Shown here: piece after piece, positions 1-12,438 of the stretch | Layout: every line of letters begins with the position of its first letter | Position numbering within the stretch: the stretch's first letter is position 1 | Source: Botryllus schlosseri | Lineage: Eukaryota | Length of the DNA stretch: 64,000 nucleotides | Assembly (NCBI GenBank): GCA_051294905.1 | Contig: CM119373.1 | Span: forward strand, 19,158,001-19,222,000 | Direction of reading: 5' to 3' | The notes under the pieces: model-generated | Told to the model about the DNA's origin: nothing | Database searches by the model: none | Seen by the model: the letters and a program-made list of their open reading frames with translations, nothing else | Position numbers and translations under genes: made by a program

Positions 1-469
1 TAGGCGCAATCGCATCTGTAATAGGTATCATGCTCAAGATGTCGGATGGTTGGCCTAAAATAACTTGCCGTCGGCCTCGCAGGCTTTGGCTGCCATCTAC
101 TATCGTTTAGAGACAATACCGTTAATTGTATAATGATTAGCAATCGCATTTGTAAAAGGTCTCCTCGTGCTCAAGATGTCGTGTCGCTAGCCTGAACTAT
201 CGCGCCACCCGCCTCACAGGCTTTGGCTGCTATCTACTATCGTTTAAAGACTATCCCGCTAATTGTATAAGGATTAGCGATCGTCGCGTAATGATTGTTC
301 AACAGTGACATTGCAAAACAGAATGACATCGTATACGAAATCGGAACTATTCATGTACTGAAATGCAGGATGCGTACTATACATGGGTAAAGGCTTTTTC
401 CCAGAATTTACATGCTATTGTAGGGGTGCGTATTATACATGGGGGCGTACTATACTTGGAAAATTACGG
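1..469. mobile_element. Right part of a Tc1/mariner (pogo/Tc2-like) MITE with internal ~140-bp tandem repeats
   Basis: Ends TATACTTGGAAAATTACGG followed by TA (470-471). The terminal region matches the second copy at 20517-20992. Two diverged ~140-bp internal units lie in 1-300. Confidence 0.7.
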
Positions 470-1278
470 TAAGCAGAAATGACATCTCTGCGATCAACCC
501 ACGATGTGGTCACAATGTGTGACGAAATAACGATTTTGGGCGTAATTGTATCTATTATTTGAAAACTTCAAATATGAATCTTCACTAGGACAACAAAAAT
601 AATCCCTTTACACACGGCATTAAAGACGATTTGTTATTTTTTCGACCATACAAATTTTGTTGCGCTGTGAGACGATGATGTGGTCGGACCATTACTTCAC
701 AGAAATCTCAAGTTTACTATCGTGTGTGGCTTATTGCTGCGCTATGACCGGCCGAGGTTTCGATGCTTCCACGGGTGGAAGACAGTATCAAAAGTTAACT
801 GCTCAAAAATCGCGTCCTGTACGATACTTCACTCAAATGATTACAATTAATATTTAAACATTATTTCACAGAATAGATTCTTGACAAATACTAATCAAGT
901 GGTATGTGTTTGATGTGTGTTGTTGTTGTTAAAGCGCAGCGCTTTGCTTGTTTTATGGCGTGTGTAGTATATATAGCTATCACTTTTTCTGTTCTTATAC
1001 TGTCTCGTCATTGACACAGTGATGCGTACTGTTTGTGCTGTAGGGTGGGATTGACTGGATGGCCTTCCGGTCGTATTGTCTCTTCCCTGTCCGTACTGTT
1101 AATTTGAAAATGTTGCTTTTCATGTATTCCTGACATGGGACAAATTGAACAAACGATCGATCAAACCTCGTTAAAAGTACAAGTTATCAAAATTATCTCC
1201 CATATTTTGACAGACATAGTCGGCAATTAGACACGTTGAATTTATCCCGGCGCGAGCTTTGTCGCACCACATCACAAA

Positions 1279-2163
1279 ATGAACAAAGAACAGGAAGCCC
1301 AGCAGCTCATGGCGGAAGCCGACAAGAGCGTGAATTCCGCCAAAGGCTTCTTCGCCAGGCTGCTCGGCTCGGGCACAAGACAGGAGGAAGCGTGTGAAAA
1401 ATACGTACGCGCCGCCAACATGTTTAAAATGGCTAAAAAGTGGAAAGAAGCAGGGTTCGCGTTCAGGAAGTCGGCTGAAATCCAGCGGTCTCTACAAAAC
1501 AAGCACGAGGCCGCGTCCAACTTGGTGGACGCGGGAAACTGCTATAAAAAAGCGGACGCGCAGGAAGCCATTACAAGCCTGTCTCAGGCCATCGACATCT
1601 ACACCGACATGGGCCGGTTCACGATCGCGGCAAAGCATCACGTTGCGATCGCGGAAATATATGAAGCCGAAACCGCCAAGCTCGACCAGGCTATATCTCA
1701 TTACGAGCAAGCTGCAGATTACTACAAAGGAGAGGAGTCTACAAGCAGTTCGAACAAGTGTTTGCTGAAAGTGGCTGGCTACGCGGCTCAGTTGGAGCAG
1801 TACACCAAAGCGATTAATATCTATGAGCAAGTCGGCGTGGCTTCGATAGACAGCCCGTTGCTCAAATATTCGGTGAAGGATTACTTCTTCAAGTCGGCGC
1901 TGTGCCATTTCTGCCTGGGCGGGTCGATAGACGCGAAGCAAGCTTTGGAGAAGTACCAGGGGCTGTTCCCGGCGTTTGGCGATAGCCGCGAGTCGAAACT
2001 CGTGGACACGCTGATATCCGCGTTCGATGAACAAAGCGCCGACGGTTTTGCGGAGGCCGTTGCTAATTATGATTCCATCTCGAGAATCGATCAGTGGTTG
2101 ACCACGATTTTACTGCGTATCAAAAAATCTATTGGCGGAGACGACGTCGACGATTTAACGTAA
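1279..2163 (+). CDS. NAPA: Alpha-soluble NSF attachment protein (alpha-SNAP), intronless
   Basis: 294-aa ORF with family motifs [62 protein letters not shown] and an acidic C-terminal DDL tail. Confidence 0.97.
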   Translation: MNKEQEAQQLMAEADKSVNSAKGFFARLLGSGTRQEEACEKYVRAANMFKMAKKWKEAGFAFRKSAEIQRSLQNKHEAASNLVDAGNCYKKADAQEAITSLSQAIDIYTDMGRFTIAAKHHVAIAEIYEAETAKLDQAISHYEQAADYYKGEESTSSSNKCLLKVAGYAAQLEQYTKAINIYEQVGVASIDSPLLKYSVKDYFFKSALCHFCLGGSIDAKQALEKYQGLFPAFGDSRESKLVDTLISAFDEQSADGFAEAVANYDSISRIDQWLTTILLRIKKSIGGDDVDDLT

Positions 2164-3549
2164 ACATTTCTCTCCTACGAACAGTGCGGTTTCTAGAAGA
2201 TATGTTGTGTTGTTGTATCCGATCGCTGTGAATTTCTCCGGCGACGACGCTTGTTTTTATTCGATCGGCTGCATGAATTTATCGCGAAATATTTTTCGGA
2301 TTGCAGTCACGATCCGAAACTTTATTAACATAGTACTTGAAATGATGCGATTTCTGTGTGAGAAGCTTACCAAGCTGGCTGGAATTTTTCATCTTCGCAT
2401 CTCTGTCTCTCATTCAAGGGATAGTTCACTGTCATTAATAGTGCTGGGCATAACCGAGTACCTGGGTGATTCATCCGAGTTGAATATGTAGCTTCAAGGC
2501 GAGTACTCGCGACTTTTATATTTCCAAGATGCATATTCTTGGCGGCCACAAGGAAAATGATGCCGGTTACACATGATCCAAAATAATTTTGTGTTTCTGC
2601 GCCATGACTATTTCCTAGCTCTTTATGAGGCTCGATCACTATTTGACGGAATGTCTTTCTATGAATATTTGTAACCTTGAGCGACATGTTTTTCGACGCT
2701 GATACCCGGCTTGCCAAGGTTTCAAGCCTCCAACGGTGGAATTAGGTTATTGCAAGTATATTTTCCGTTGATAAAACGCTACTCTCGGATTCCAGTACTC
2801 ACCCAGCCCTACCAATAGGAACATATTAAGTGCTGTGACGCTTGCCAATAGCGTTGATGATGAATGTCGCTTTGGCAATCTGTGTTTTATCGCTACCCCC
2901 TTTTTCATAAACATCGTGTTTGTGATGTTATGTAGCTGAAAACGTTTTCACTGAAATCTTTTTCCTGCATTGCGCCGGTCGGTAAGCGGAACATTTTCTC
3001 GATATTTTAGCAAGGCGAAATCGTTGTGTAACCTAGGGGCATCATCATTTCGAAATGCTGTCGTGTTCAACGTTGTTAGAAGTTGTCGGAACTGTCTTGC
3101 GCTTGCGGAGATGCTGAATTTCGGCACGTTTGCATGGTGTAGAATTATGTGCTCATTTAAACTCAATAGGTAAATGGCGGTTGAATTTTGAATACTGTGA
3201 TTGCTTCGCTTCCGAGATCGCGCAGGCCAACTTTGGCTACTAATTTGTAAGTAAAAAGTTTATCGTGTGTACATAAGACGACAATATTATAAAGTTTTCG
3301 GTGTATTACTAAAATTTAAAAAGATTTATTGAAATTCTCCGTGCCTACGTGTGAGAAGCGTCGATACTAGAGTAATTACAGCAGTTGATGCAGTTTCTCG
3401 TAGGTTTCTGTGTCATGTGCAATATTAGCGTTCGCGGGGCTGAAATTCTCTTCTTTCGGCTTTTCAAATTCATGTTCGTGCGTAGATGTAACATATGCTT
3501 GGTCATCTGCCGCTTGTTATTGATTTTAACACGTTTGGCAACTTCATCC

Positions 3550-3592
3550 AATAAAAATACTACATCTCTACGTCTCTCTGCGTTTTTTTCAG
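3550..3592 (+). promoter_or_regulatory. AATAAA signal followed by an unpaired 3' splice acceptor (possible polyA / trans-splice junction)
   Basis: AATAAA at 3550-3555 is the first canonical hexamer after the NAPA stop. CGTTTTTTTCAG ends at 3592, 30 nt before the ATG at 3623. Confidence 0.45.
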
Positions 3593-3622
3593 TTTGTAGT
3601 GTTAGGCTTTGATAAGTACGAC

Positions 3623-6600
3623 ATGGCGTCTGTGGCAGTAAGGAATCTGATGCGGCAATCGCGGCCAGCTGCGATTGCTATGGTCCATGTCAGACCACTG
3701 CCAGGTAACTATCATTTCAATATTACGGTGTTCCCACAAAGCAGCGGTTTCCATTTACAAAATATCTGTGTGCCCATCTCTGGATATTGGAAGAAGCGTG
3801 TCTTCGCGATGTAATGCAAGTAAACAGACTTTTGAACAGCATAATATTATGCAACATGTACGACTCTGAGAATATTTCATTTCTTGTGTCGCTTTCCTGC
3901 CATTTTATAATCAAATTTCGTCGCTCTCCCATCGCTATTTGGGATGCCAAAAGCACGATCAAATTACACTGATTGTGCAGCGATTTTTATTGACCAATGA
4001 CTATGTTGCCCTCATTGAAAAACACTTGAAAGGCGCCAACATACTTCGTTCATAACTAGTATTTGATTTTGAAGTCATATTCAATATATAGCTACTTGCT
4101 GGAAGAAGGGAAGGTGGATTGGAATGCTAATCGGCTGTGGAATTAGGTAGATCACACAAACTGATTAGTATGGTTGATCCATGGGTGTTTCCAATCATGT
4201 CCCCTGTGCGGCTAATTGCGAAACCAACTGGAATAAGGTTTGTTTATGATGTCTCGGTTAGAAGATTATCAATTGCTCGCTACAGCAGGCATGTTGTAAA
4301 TAATTCAATACAATTGTCATCTTTCTAATTTGCATGGCATGTGGTCAATTGGATTCGCGCAATCTGTCTTTCGTAGAGGATTTATTATATCTGCTCCCTT
4401 GACTGGTGTCAATTTATGATGCCTTTGTGCACGGGAGAAGGCAGTGGGTCTTTGGGGATGTAATTGATAAGCAGCGCAATGAGTGGCAATACCTAAATAA
4501 TTAACTGGAGGTAATAAAATGAAGTTCGCTACCTTGTCAATATTGCGACCTGATTAAACCATTCAGAGATTGGTTTTTCATCAAGCTCCTGGGATTAATC
4601 CCATTTCACAAGGAGAGGCTTTAAATTGCAACCTCAACCAGGAAATGACATGCGACAGTTTGACTTTCTAATATAGCCAACTGCAGTAGACTTTGAATGA
4701 AGAAAACATTGTGGCAACTATAACAGCCTCCTAAATTTTAATATTACGTTGCTTATGATATATGCAAACATATATACCGCATAACTAACACCAGACGTGG
4801 TCAAAATTGTAATTGTTGGTACTCAAGAGCATGTATAAGTAATAGTGTAAATTTATGCTCAAATACAAGTACAAGTAGGTGTCAGACACTTTTGTTATCA
4901 ATCGTTCGTGAAAGGTTGTGAAATTTCAAGGTGCTGGCTTGTGATTTCGTGACCAGGCAGAATGACTAGTGACAATAAAAATAGGTGTAATTTTGGAACT
5001 TATAACCCGTGTTGCAATCATACAAGGTCTGTATTGTCTCTTAAAAGTCCAAACAGGAAAAGTAAGTAGTTATACTTTCAAAACCTGATATATAACTGGA
5101 GGTAGTTACACAAACTACTAGCGCAAGTTTGCAAACTCACTGAAGTAGAATTACCAGCTCGATCTAACCAGGGTTGTAATGACTCAAGTCACGATTTTCT
5201 GATGACTCGACTTGACTCGAGTCATTTTCTCAAAATAAGGAAATGACTCGACTCGAGGTAATCTGTGTATTGACTCGACTTGGACTCGAGTCATTGCACA
5301 TGACTTGAACCGAGTCAAATGACTCGAGAATAAGACGACCAAGACCGACATTTCATTGTAATTTCGAAGAGTAGTAAGGTAACCACACTATTGGGATTTC
5401 GTATTTTGGTACTGGTACTTGAAAATGCGTCTAGAAACTGCTAAAGGTGAGGAAAATTAGTATATTATAGATGCGAACCATTCAATATCGCCAAACAGAG
5501 TTCCGTAAACCGGGGTAACTTTGGACTTGAGGGTAACTTTGTACACTAAGCAGTAGAAGATTTAAATGGTTATTGATGGAAAAGGGTTGCTGCTGGATGT
5601 TCAATTCTTTTTCATGAGGCAACAGTACCACAAGTAGTCGCCATAAAAGATTCATTTCACTACCAGTTAAACTTGACCCAACATTGATAAATTAATGGCG
5701 GGGGTCAATTTCATCAAAATTGATGGTCATTAAACTTCTTACAACCAAACATAGATAGCATGTGATTCATAGATTTAAAACATGGCAGCAGATACCTCTA
5801 AGTAGTCTTAATCCATGGCAAAATCTCAGTGGGCTCACCCTTGGATCAATACAAGAGAATAGGATGTCCAAAGTTGCCCTGTCAAATTTTATCAGAACGG
5901 GGTAACTTTGGATAGTGGAAAATGTGATATTTAGAGCTCTGGAAAGTGGCTGCTTCATCTGTGTCAAAGTGTATCCTCAACTATATTCCTTATGACCGGC
6001 CTGATGCCTTTTTAAAATGGAATGAGAAGGTTAATAAATTAGGAGTTTGCCAAAATATGAAAAAATAGGTATGCAATGAGCTGAGAGATTGTAATCGGGT
6101 GTAAGCTACTTCAAAAACTTATCACATACTCCTAAAGATGTGCCTGCTGAATATTGGATATCGTAAATTATGACAAATATATCCATCAGAGGACATAAGA
6201 AAGGGAAAGTGTATCTTTTAAAGAACAGTAATATATTTGAAATCGGCAATAAATCATGGTAACATGCTTAATGTTTGCTGTCGATTGCTGACACTGCCAG
6301 TGGGATACCACCATATGTTATTTATAAGTCCCAATTGGTGAAGGCATGAGGGAAAATTGAGATAAGGGATGAATAAGGGGGCATTACCCTTCATAAACTA
6401 CCTAAAAGCCTCATTTATGAGGTTTCATAAACAATAGAGTGTAAAGGCATACAAAAAACTACATTGTCCAAAGTTACCCCACATGCAGGGGTAACTTTGG
6501 ACACGGATAATTTACGAATATTAGGTACTCATTTGACCATGAAGATTTTGGATTAGGTAATTCTAATCTTTGCTCCATGACCCATGAAAAACACAAAACT

Positions 6601-9600
6601 TGCCTCCCCTACACCCTAGCATTTCCAAGATACAAAGCGGAATTGTTAAAAATTGTCCAAAGTTACCCCGGTTTACGGTTATAAAAATTGGGTTTAACTG
6701 GAAACTGAGCAGTCAACACAATGACTTGGACACGGACTCGAGTCATAATACCATGACTCGGACTTCGACACTCTGCTGGCCGACTTGGACTCGGTGGTCA
6801 ATTGCAAATGACTTGACTTGACTCGAGTCAAAACTATGAAAGTGAGATTGACTTGTGACTCGGAGCCTGGTGACTTGGTTACAACCCTGGATCTAACACC
6901 AGCAAAAGCTGCGTTTATCATCAAGTTTACATTGATAAGACTGCATGTACTGACTCTGTAGGCTATCGTCAGGCGTCTGACGATAATTCAGCTCATAATT
7001 GTTGGTCTGGAATTGTTTTTATAATTTACTGTATCAGAATAATGCCTGCTAAGGCAATGGATGTAACTTTAGAATCAAGTCCACTAAAGCGCTGAACGTG
7101 ACTCTTATGTAGCTGGCGGTTGTGATCCTTTTTTTACTAAATCTTAAATTTCAGGTACACCTAATGGCTCACAAAGTGTCAAAAAGATAACTGAAATAGC
7201 ATTGCAAGAAACGGATGTCTACGCTAATGCCTGTGTTGTAAGTAATCAAATTCGTGCTAAAAATTGTCACCGACGGCGTCGACGATGTCACAATGTTTGA
7301 AACCACAAGTGTAGGCTATACCGACTTGGCTCACGAAAAAGTTTGCTGATATACAGCATTTACACTCTTCCATTTTTCGAAGCTCAAAGATCCAAGTTTG
7401 ATACAAAAAAGACTCGAAAGTAGGCTTTTCGTTCCTAGGTTTTTATTATTTATTTATTAGTTAGCAACTGTGAAGACTTGGTCATATCGAGCCTCCCGTG
7501 TACAATGCATGTCGCTTTTCACTGTGTTACATTTTTGTCGTGTGATGTTGATTTGTAATGTAGACAAATAAAGATTCTCTCTCTCTACTGTAAATGACGA
7601 GGTGTAGTTATTTGGGTAATGTTTTATAGTAATTGCAGGATGGAATCATTGTTGAGAATATGCACGATCTTCCTTATCTTGTCGGACACAACATCGGACC
7701 TGAGATCACCGCTTCAATGGCTACCATCTGTTCTACAGTTAAGTCCAAATTTCCCGAAATGCCGATTGGTGTGCAGGTTTTGAAGGCGGGAAATATGCGA
7801 GCTTTAGCTGTTGCCAACGCTGCAGGTAAGCAGTAATATATATTACTATTATTGTGGTGCGCATATGTTTTCGAGCTGCACAAGATTAATGTAAATAGAC
7901 AATCATGTACGAACAAGTACACATACATTGTACACTGACAGCTAGTTACTTGTGATAGGTAAAAGAGAAAGTCACTGAAATGCTAGGGCTGGGCACTATG
8001 ATTCGAGTACTCAAATCTGAATCAAGTAATTATTTTATTGACTCAAACTCAACTCAAAAATGAGTACAGGACAAGACATATCGACAAGACAGTTCTATTG
8101 CTTGATACTAACAGCTGAGGTGATAAAAGCAGTCAACGTTCATGCTCAAGTAGAAGTTAAAGGGCTGTAAATTTCTACTCAATCACACGTAGAAATATTG
8201 ATTTTGAAGACATGGGGGGGGGGGAGGTGACATGATCAACTGATCAAAACTACTTCAAGAGGAAGTAGAAAATGAAGGTAGTGTAGTTTCAAGTAGATTT
8301 ACTCGGGGGATCACAGACTTTTAGCAGTAGCCTTCATCAGAGATGGGTACTTTGCAAATGGTAGTGTGGACCCTCTTAGCTAATGCAAATCAATTAATGT
8401 CACTATAAATAGGTGCACTTTTCGAAGATATCTTAACTTACTTTGATACAGGAGGTTATTCACGCAGTTGTTATGACAATATCATTCACAAAAATAATGC
8501 AAACATATCACAATACAGCAATACTAAATTCCATCGTACAAATTACAAGGTGTAAAAGTAACCAGTTTCGCCAAAAACACAAAATCATAACCACTTGAGT
8601 AAGTATTGCAATTATGCAAAACCTATTTGTGCATTCCGAAAAAGCAAAGTACTAAGTACGCCATTAATTTACCACCGCAGAAGAATATCCACACTGTATT
8701 TTGTCAGGATGTGATTTTGTTCGGGTCGAGTGTTTCACATTCGCTCACGTATCTGATGCCGGATGGGTGAATGCAACGGCCGGCGAGCTCCACAGATACC
8801 GAAAGCAGATCGGCGCTGGAAATGTTTCGATTTTCACGGACATAAAAAAGAAACACAGGCAAGCATCATGCGCTGTTCATCGGGAACCTAACGTAAAAGG
8901 TCAACTGTAGCTTTGCTGAAGGTCAATATAGTTGTGCTTACTAGGCGGGGTGTTAAGTAGGGACGTGCTTCATTTAGGTTTTGCATTCTTCTTACTCGAT
9001 TGGTGGTGTTTTTAGAGTATATGCAATTTTACTTCAACCTACTTTCTACTCTTCGAATTTTCAAAAGCAAAAAATTGTTTTTGGATGCATTTGCATCAGT
9101 TTTAGGGGTGAAATTGTCACAAGAGCTTGTGTATCACAGTGATAACTGAATATATTGTCGAAAAAGGCACCTATCTCTAGTTTCCTTTGTCAATTTTCGT
9201 TCATCGCGAAGATGCACCAGGGAATTTCTAAAGTTTCCAACTCCGACTAACTGCCTTCGCTCCACCAAATCTACTTCTTGAAACTGTTTACTCGTGTGCT
9301 TTCTACACCCTCTTATTTTACTTCCACTTGAAGTTGTTTTGACATGTCTTGAAAATGGCTTCTTCCGATTGTAATCGGGTAAAAATTAACTGTGTTACTT
9401 CATCTTTGATCAGTTGCGCTGGATTCCGACTTGTGCCTTTGTGAGGTACAGCTATTACTCAAAGTCGCAAGTCGTAGTCAATATTGTGCATTTTTGGTGA
9501 CTTGAAATGGAGTTGAAGTTGTAACTTTCAGATAATTCGACTTGACCGGAGCCCCTTACGGAAATTTACGTGACTAGACTTCTCTTGAGTAAAAATTTGC

Positions 9601-12438
9601 AGTAATTGGTAACTGAAAGGCAGCGGCTTGGTGCCGTCACTGGTAGAGACGCTATCGGAACAGCGATGCAGATAAGGAGAGGTCCCGACTTCTCTTGAGT
9701 AAAAATTTGCAGTAATTGGTAACTGAAAGGCAGCGGCTTGGTGCCGTCACTGGTAGAGACGCTATCGGAACAGCGATGCAGATAAGGAGAGGTCCCGATA
9801 CACCTCCGACACTTAGTACATTAAATCCTTATTCGTATTTAGGCACGCCTTCTGAACGATTTTAGTTTGAGTTGCTTAGCTTCTGTTACTTACAAAATTC
9901 AGTTGATTAGTTGCCTTCAAATGCTGTAACTCGGGGTGTGCAACCTACACCCCGCAGCAGAATTGTGTGTGGTTCGCGAAATGTCTTTCTGGTAAAACGT
10001 TTTCTGGTACGTTTGAGGTATGTAGGTTTAGAGAAGGGCCGAAATAGTAATGAAATCACTAAAATATGCATTTTTCGACTTTGCACATGAATAGTGTATG
10101 ACAAAATTTATTGATAAAACCATTGCTTTCATGTATTCACTATTTATATGTGCAGTTCCAAAATCAATTTTATTGATGTCTTGCTATCGCCGTTACGGTA
10201 CCAATCATTTATGGGTGGATGGGCCTAAAAAGCATGGGTTTGCACAACATCTGGTGTATTTGATGACTAGTTTATGTATCAACTCTTTTGCCAGCTCCCA
10301 TTCTGTGACGGCAGACCAGAGTATAAAGGAAGCTGCAGAGGCTGCGGAATTTTTTCAAAGCGACGGTGTTATTGTCACTGGAAACAAAACCGGACAAGCC
10401 GCCAGTGTTACAGAGCTGCAAGGTCAATATTTATATTTTGGTGTTGCGATATTTTACACTAGATAGCAACAGGTCAAGACAACGATACAACTGAAGTATA
10501 TGGCTATTATAGGATTCTAATTCACTGGAATCAATTCATTGAAGCTCTTGCTCGACACAAATTTTGGGCTTTGGACTGGTGTCAACTTTGTTGGTCCCGT
10601 AACAAACTATGTTTGATATGACTCCATTGTAGAAAATAATTGACCTCCACAAATTTCAATTCTGGTTACACTGCCAGGGATTCTCAACTTTTTTGATCGC
10701 GGACGCCTTCAAATATCATCATTCCATGCCTAAAATATGATTACGAATGACTTCACAAATTCGACGCTGTCCCACTCACGACGTCATTTTCAAAGGATAA
10801 TATATTTTTGTAGTTTCTTGATTACGTACTGCCCTTTCATGGACCCCCTAAAACTAGTTAGACGGTACCTGACGGGTTAGTGGATCCTAGTTTAAGTAAC
10901 CCTGCGGCCCTGCCCCAAATGTTTGTATGACTGCTGCACTTTCATTTTTTAACTGTATCCATATCATATAAAAATACAATGTTGTCTTCTTATACTTGGG
11001 TTACCAGGTTTTTGAAAATGTCCTATGAGGACGCCTAAATGTCCTTCTTTTTGTCCTATTTTTTGAGAATGTTGGTTAAATATAGGGCAAAATTCGACTG
11101 AGGTACAGTAAATAAGCACTGAAGTAACGCTCCGGCGGCTGCTCCGGAAAGTTGACCTCTTTTTTTCTAGTCAACCAACCTAAAAGTCGGGAAAAATCTA
11201 CCATTTTTTCCTAATTTTACTCCACAAGTCCAAGTCTGAAAATGTTGAAAACGCGTCCTCCTTCCCCGATTCCAAAATATGGCAACCCTATCTTACACTC
11301 AGTACATGAAGACCGTGCAGTACTCACAAAGGTCACAATACTTTGGTATGAAGAAGATTATCCTGATGCGGTGGTACCACTATTACTATTCGGGATGTTT
11401 TTTCTCTTTTACATTGCTTGTCTTCATTTATTATTTCTATATTATTATACAATTAAATAGTATATTCATATTGAAATGAACCCAAATATTTTCGGCTGAC
11501 TCTCGTCAGGGGTAATCGTCAGCAACTAGTAGAGAATTGGAAAGAACATTGTACATCAACAATCGTATCACAGAATATGACGTCACCAGCATGAAATTTC
11601 GAATGAGAGAGCGTTCCATGTACTATTTTTAGGTGGTACACGAACTCCTTTTGTTGACAGAGTTTTGGTTGGTGTATTTTTATAAAAGTTGATTCCAAGG
11701 CACACAAATGGAATTGTGAACGGCCTCGCCCTACGATTCGAAATCGGTCGTCTGGATAATTATTCGCACAAATCGGATTATGCAACAGATGTTTGCCGAT
11801 GGCAGAATTAATATCATTATATTATATTAATATTATTATATTATATTATATATTATATTAATATTATTATATTATATTATTATACATATACAGACCTAGT
11901 ACCTTCGGGTAATCTAACACAATATTTTCTAAATTGCGCCATTTAAATATTCATGGTTCCAGTTGAAACAAACATCATTTCGCTAGTGCCTGTTGATACC
12001 GACTTGAGCATTCTATGGTACCATTTGCAAATGTGTGAATTTTCTTTACTTAAATCTCTCTCTCAATATTCATAGACTTGTAAGACTCCCTGTTCTATCG
12101 TTACTGTAACTGTAATGCTAGGAGTATTTGGTATAATGCATTATAGACCAACATTGTCTATATATCTTTGCAATAATACCAATGCTCTTTTCTCTACCAG
12201 TATGTTAAATTAACATATATTTTAATCTCAAACTTGATGTTTTCCAGATGTGTGTTCCAAAGTGAATATACCGGTGTTAATAGGTTCGGGTGTCACCACG
12301 GAAAACCTAGAGAGCTACATGCAAGCTAATGGACTAATCGTTGGATCCTATTTTAAACGAGGTGGATTATGGTCCAATGAAATATGCAGCGCCAAAGTGG
12401 CGGCGTTTATGGAAAAGCTGATACAGCTGTCTAGCTAG
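3623..12438 (+). CDS. BtpA/SgcQ-family TIM-barrel protein (F13E9.13-like), 6 exons, ~273 aa
   Basis: join(3623..3704,7155..7237,7639..7825,8708..8858,10295..10422,12248..12438) = 822 nt with all phases consistent. Family motifs: AMVHVRPLPGTP, DGIIVENMHDLPY, IGVQVL, ELHRYRKQIGA, FTDIKKKHSSH, AEFFQSDGVIVTG, IPVLIGSGVT, IVGSYFK. Intron 4 is GC-AG. Confidence 0.92.
5169..6889. mobile_element. hAT-type MITE family A (CAGGGTTG termini, GACTCGAGTC-rich), interrupted by a nested element
   Basis: Termini CAGGGTTGTAA...TTACAACCCTG with a perfect 8-bp TSD GATCTAAC (5161-5168 and 6890-6897). Confidence 0.9.
5503..6678. mobile_element. pogo-like (Tc1/mariner) deletion derivative with decayed DDE transposase remnant
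   Basis: 24-bp TIR CCGTAAACCGGGGTAACTTTGGAC / GTCCAAAGTTACCCCGGTTTACGG. A frameshifted remnant near 6135-6340 reads DVPAEYWI..NYD and SIADTASGIPPYVIYKS, resembling pogo DDE_1. Confidence 0.8.
8140..8300. repeat. Old dispersed repeat family (TACTCAAGTA / GAAGTAG-rich); related fragments near 9030-9420, 13631-13760, 15860-15960, 26250-26360, 27080-27160, 43030-43170, 44990-45120 and 49065-49250
   Basis: Recurrent degenerate motifs CTCAAGTAG, ACTTGAAGT and GTTTTGACATG. Boundaries are unclear and no TSD was resolved. Confidence 0.4.
9577..9798. repeat. Perfect 110-bp tandem duplication
   Basis: 9577-9686 is repeated at 9687-9796 (GACTTCTCTTGAG...GGAGAGGTCCC). Confidence 0.95.
10996..11290. mobile_element. 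hAT-type MITE family F (TAGGGTTACC-like termini)
   Basis: TTGGGTTACC...GGCAACCCTA with TSD TCTTATAC/TCTTACAC. Related to 36510-36808 and 62874-63256. Confidence 0.75.
11458..11790 (-). mobile_element. Penelope-like retroelement 3' fragment (GIY-YIG endonuclease C-terminus plus pseudo-LTR)
   Basis: The minus strand encodes HNPICANNYPDDRFRIVGRGRSQFHLCALESTFIKIHQPKLCQQKEFVYHLKIVH, typical of PLE endonuclease ends. Near-identical sequence occurs at 24.9-25.2 kb. Confidence 0.8.
11480..11513 (-). ncRNA. Minimal type I hammerhead ribozyme motif (cleavage-site variant UU)
   Basis: Minus strand reads ACCC-CTGACGA-gagtcagcc-GAAA-ATAT-TT-GGGT. Confidence 0.6.
11807..11884. repeat. (TATTA)n-like AT microsatellite
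   Basis: Direct reading; it lies next to the truncated end of the PLE fragment. Confidence 0.9.

Noticed and set aside
2852-2944. C/D-box snoRNA-like geometry (CGTT-G-ATGATGA ... CTGA-A-AACG)
   Set aside because: It lies in a presumed 3' UTR rather than an intron, and I found only a weak ~9-nt possible rRNA complement. A snoscan/Infernal hit would be needed.
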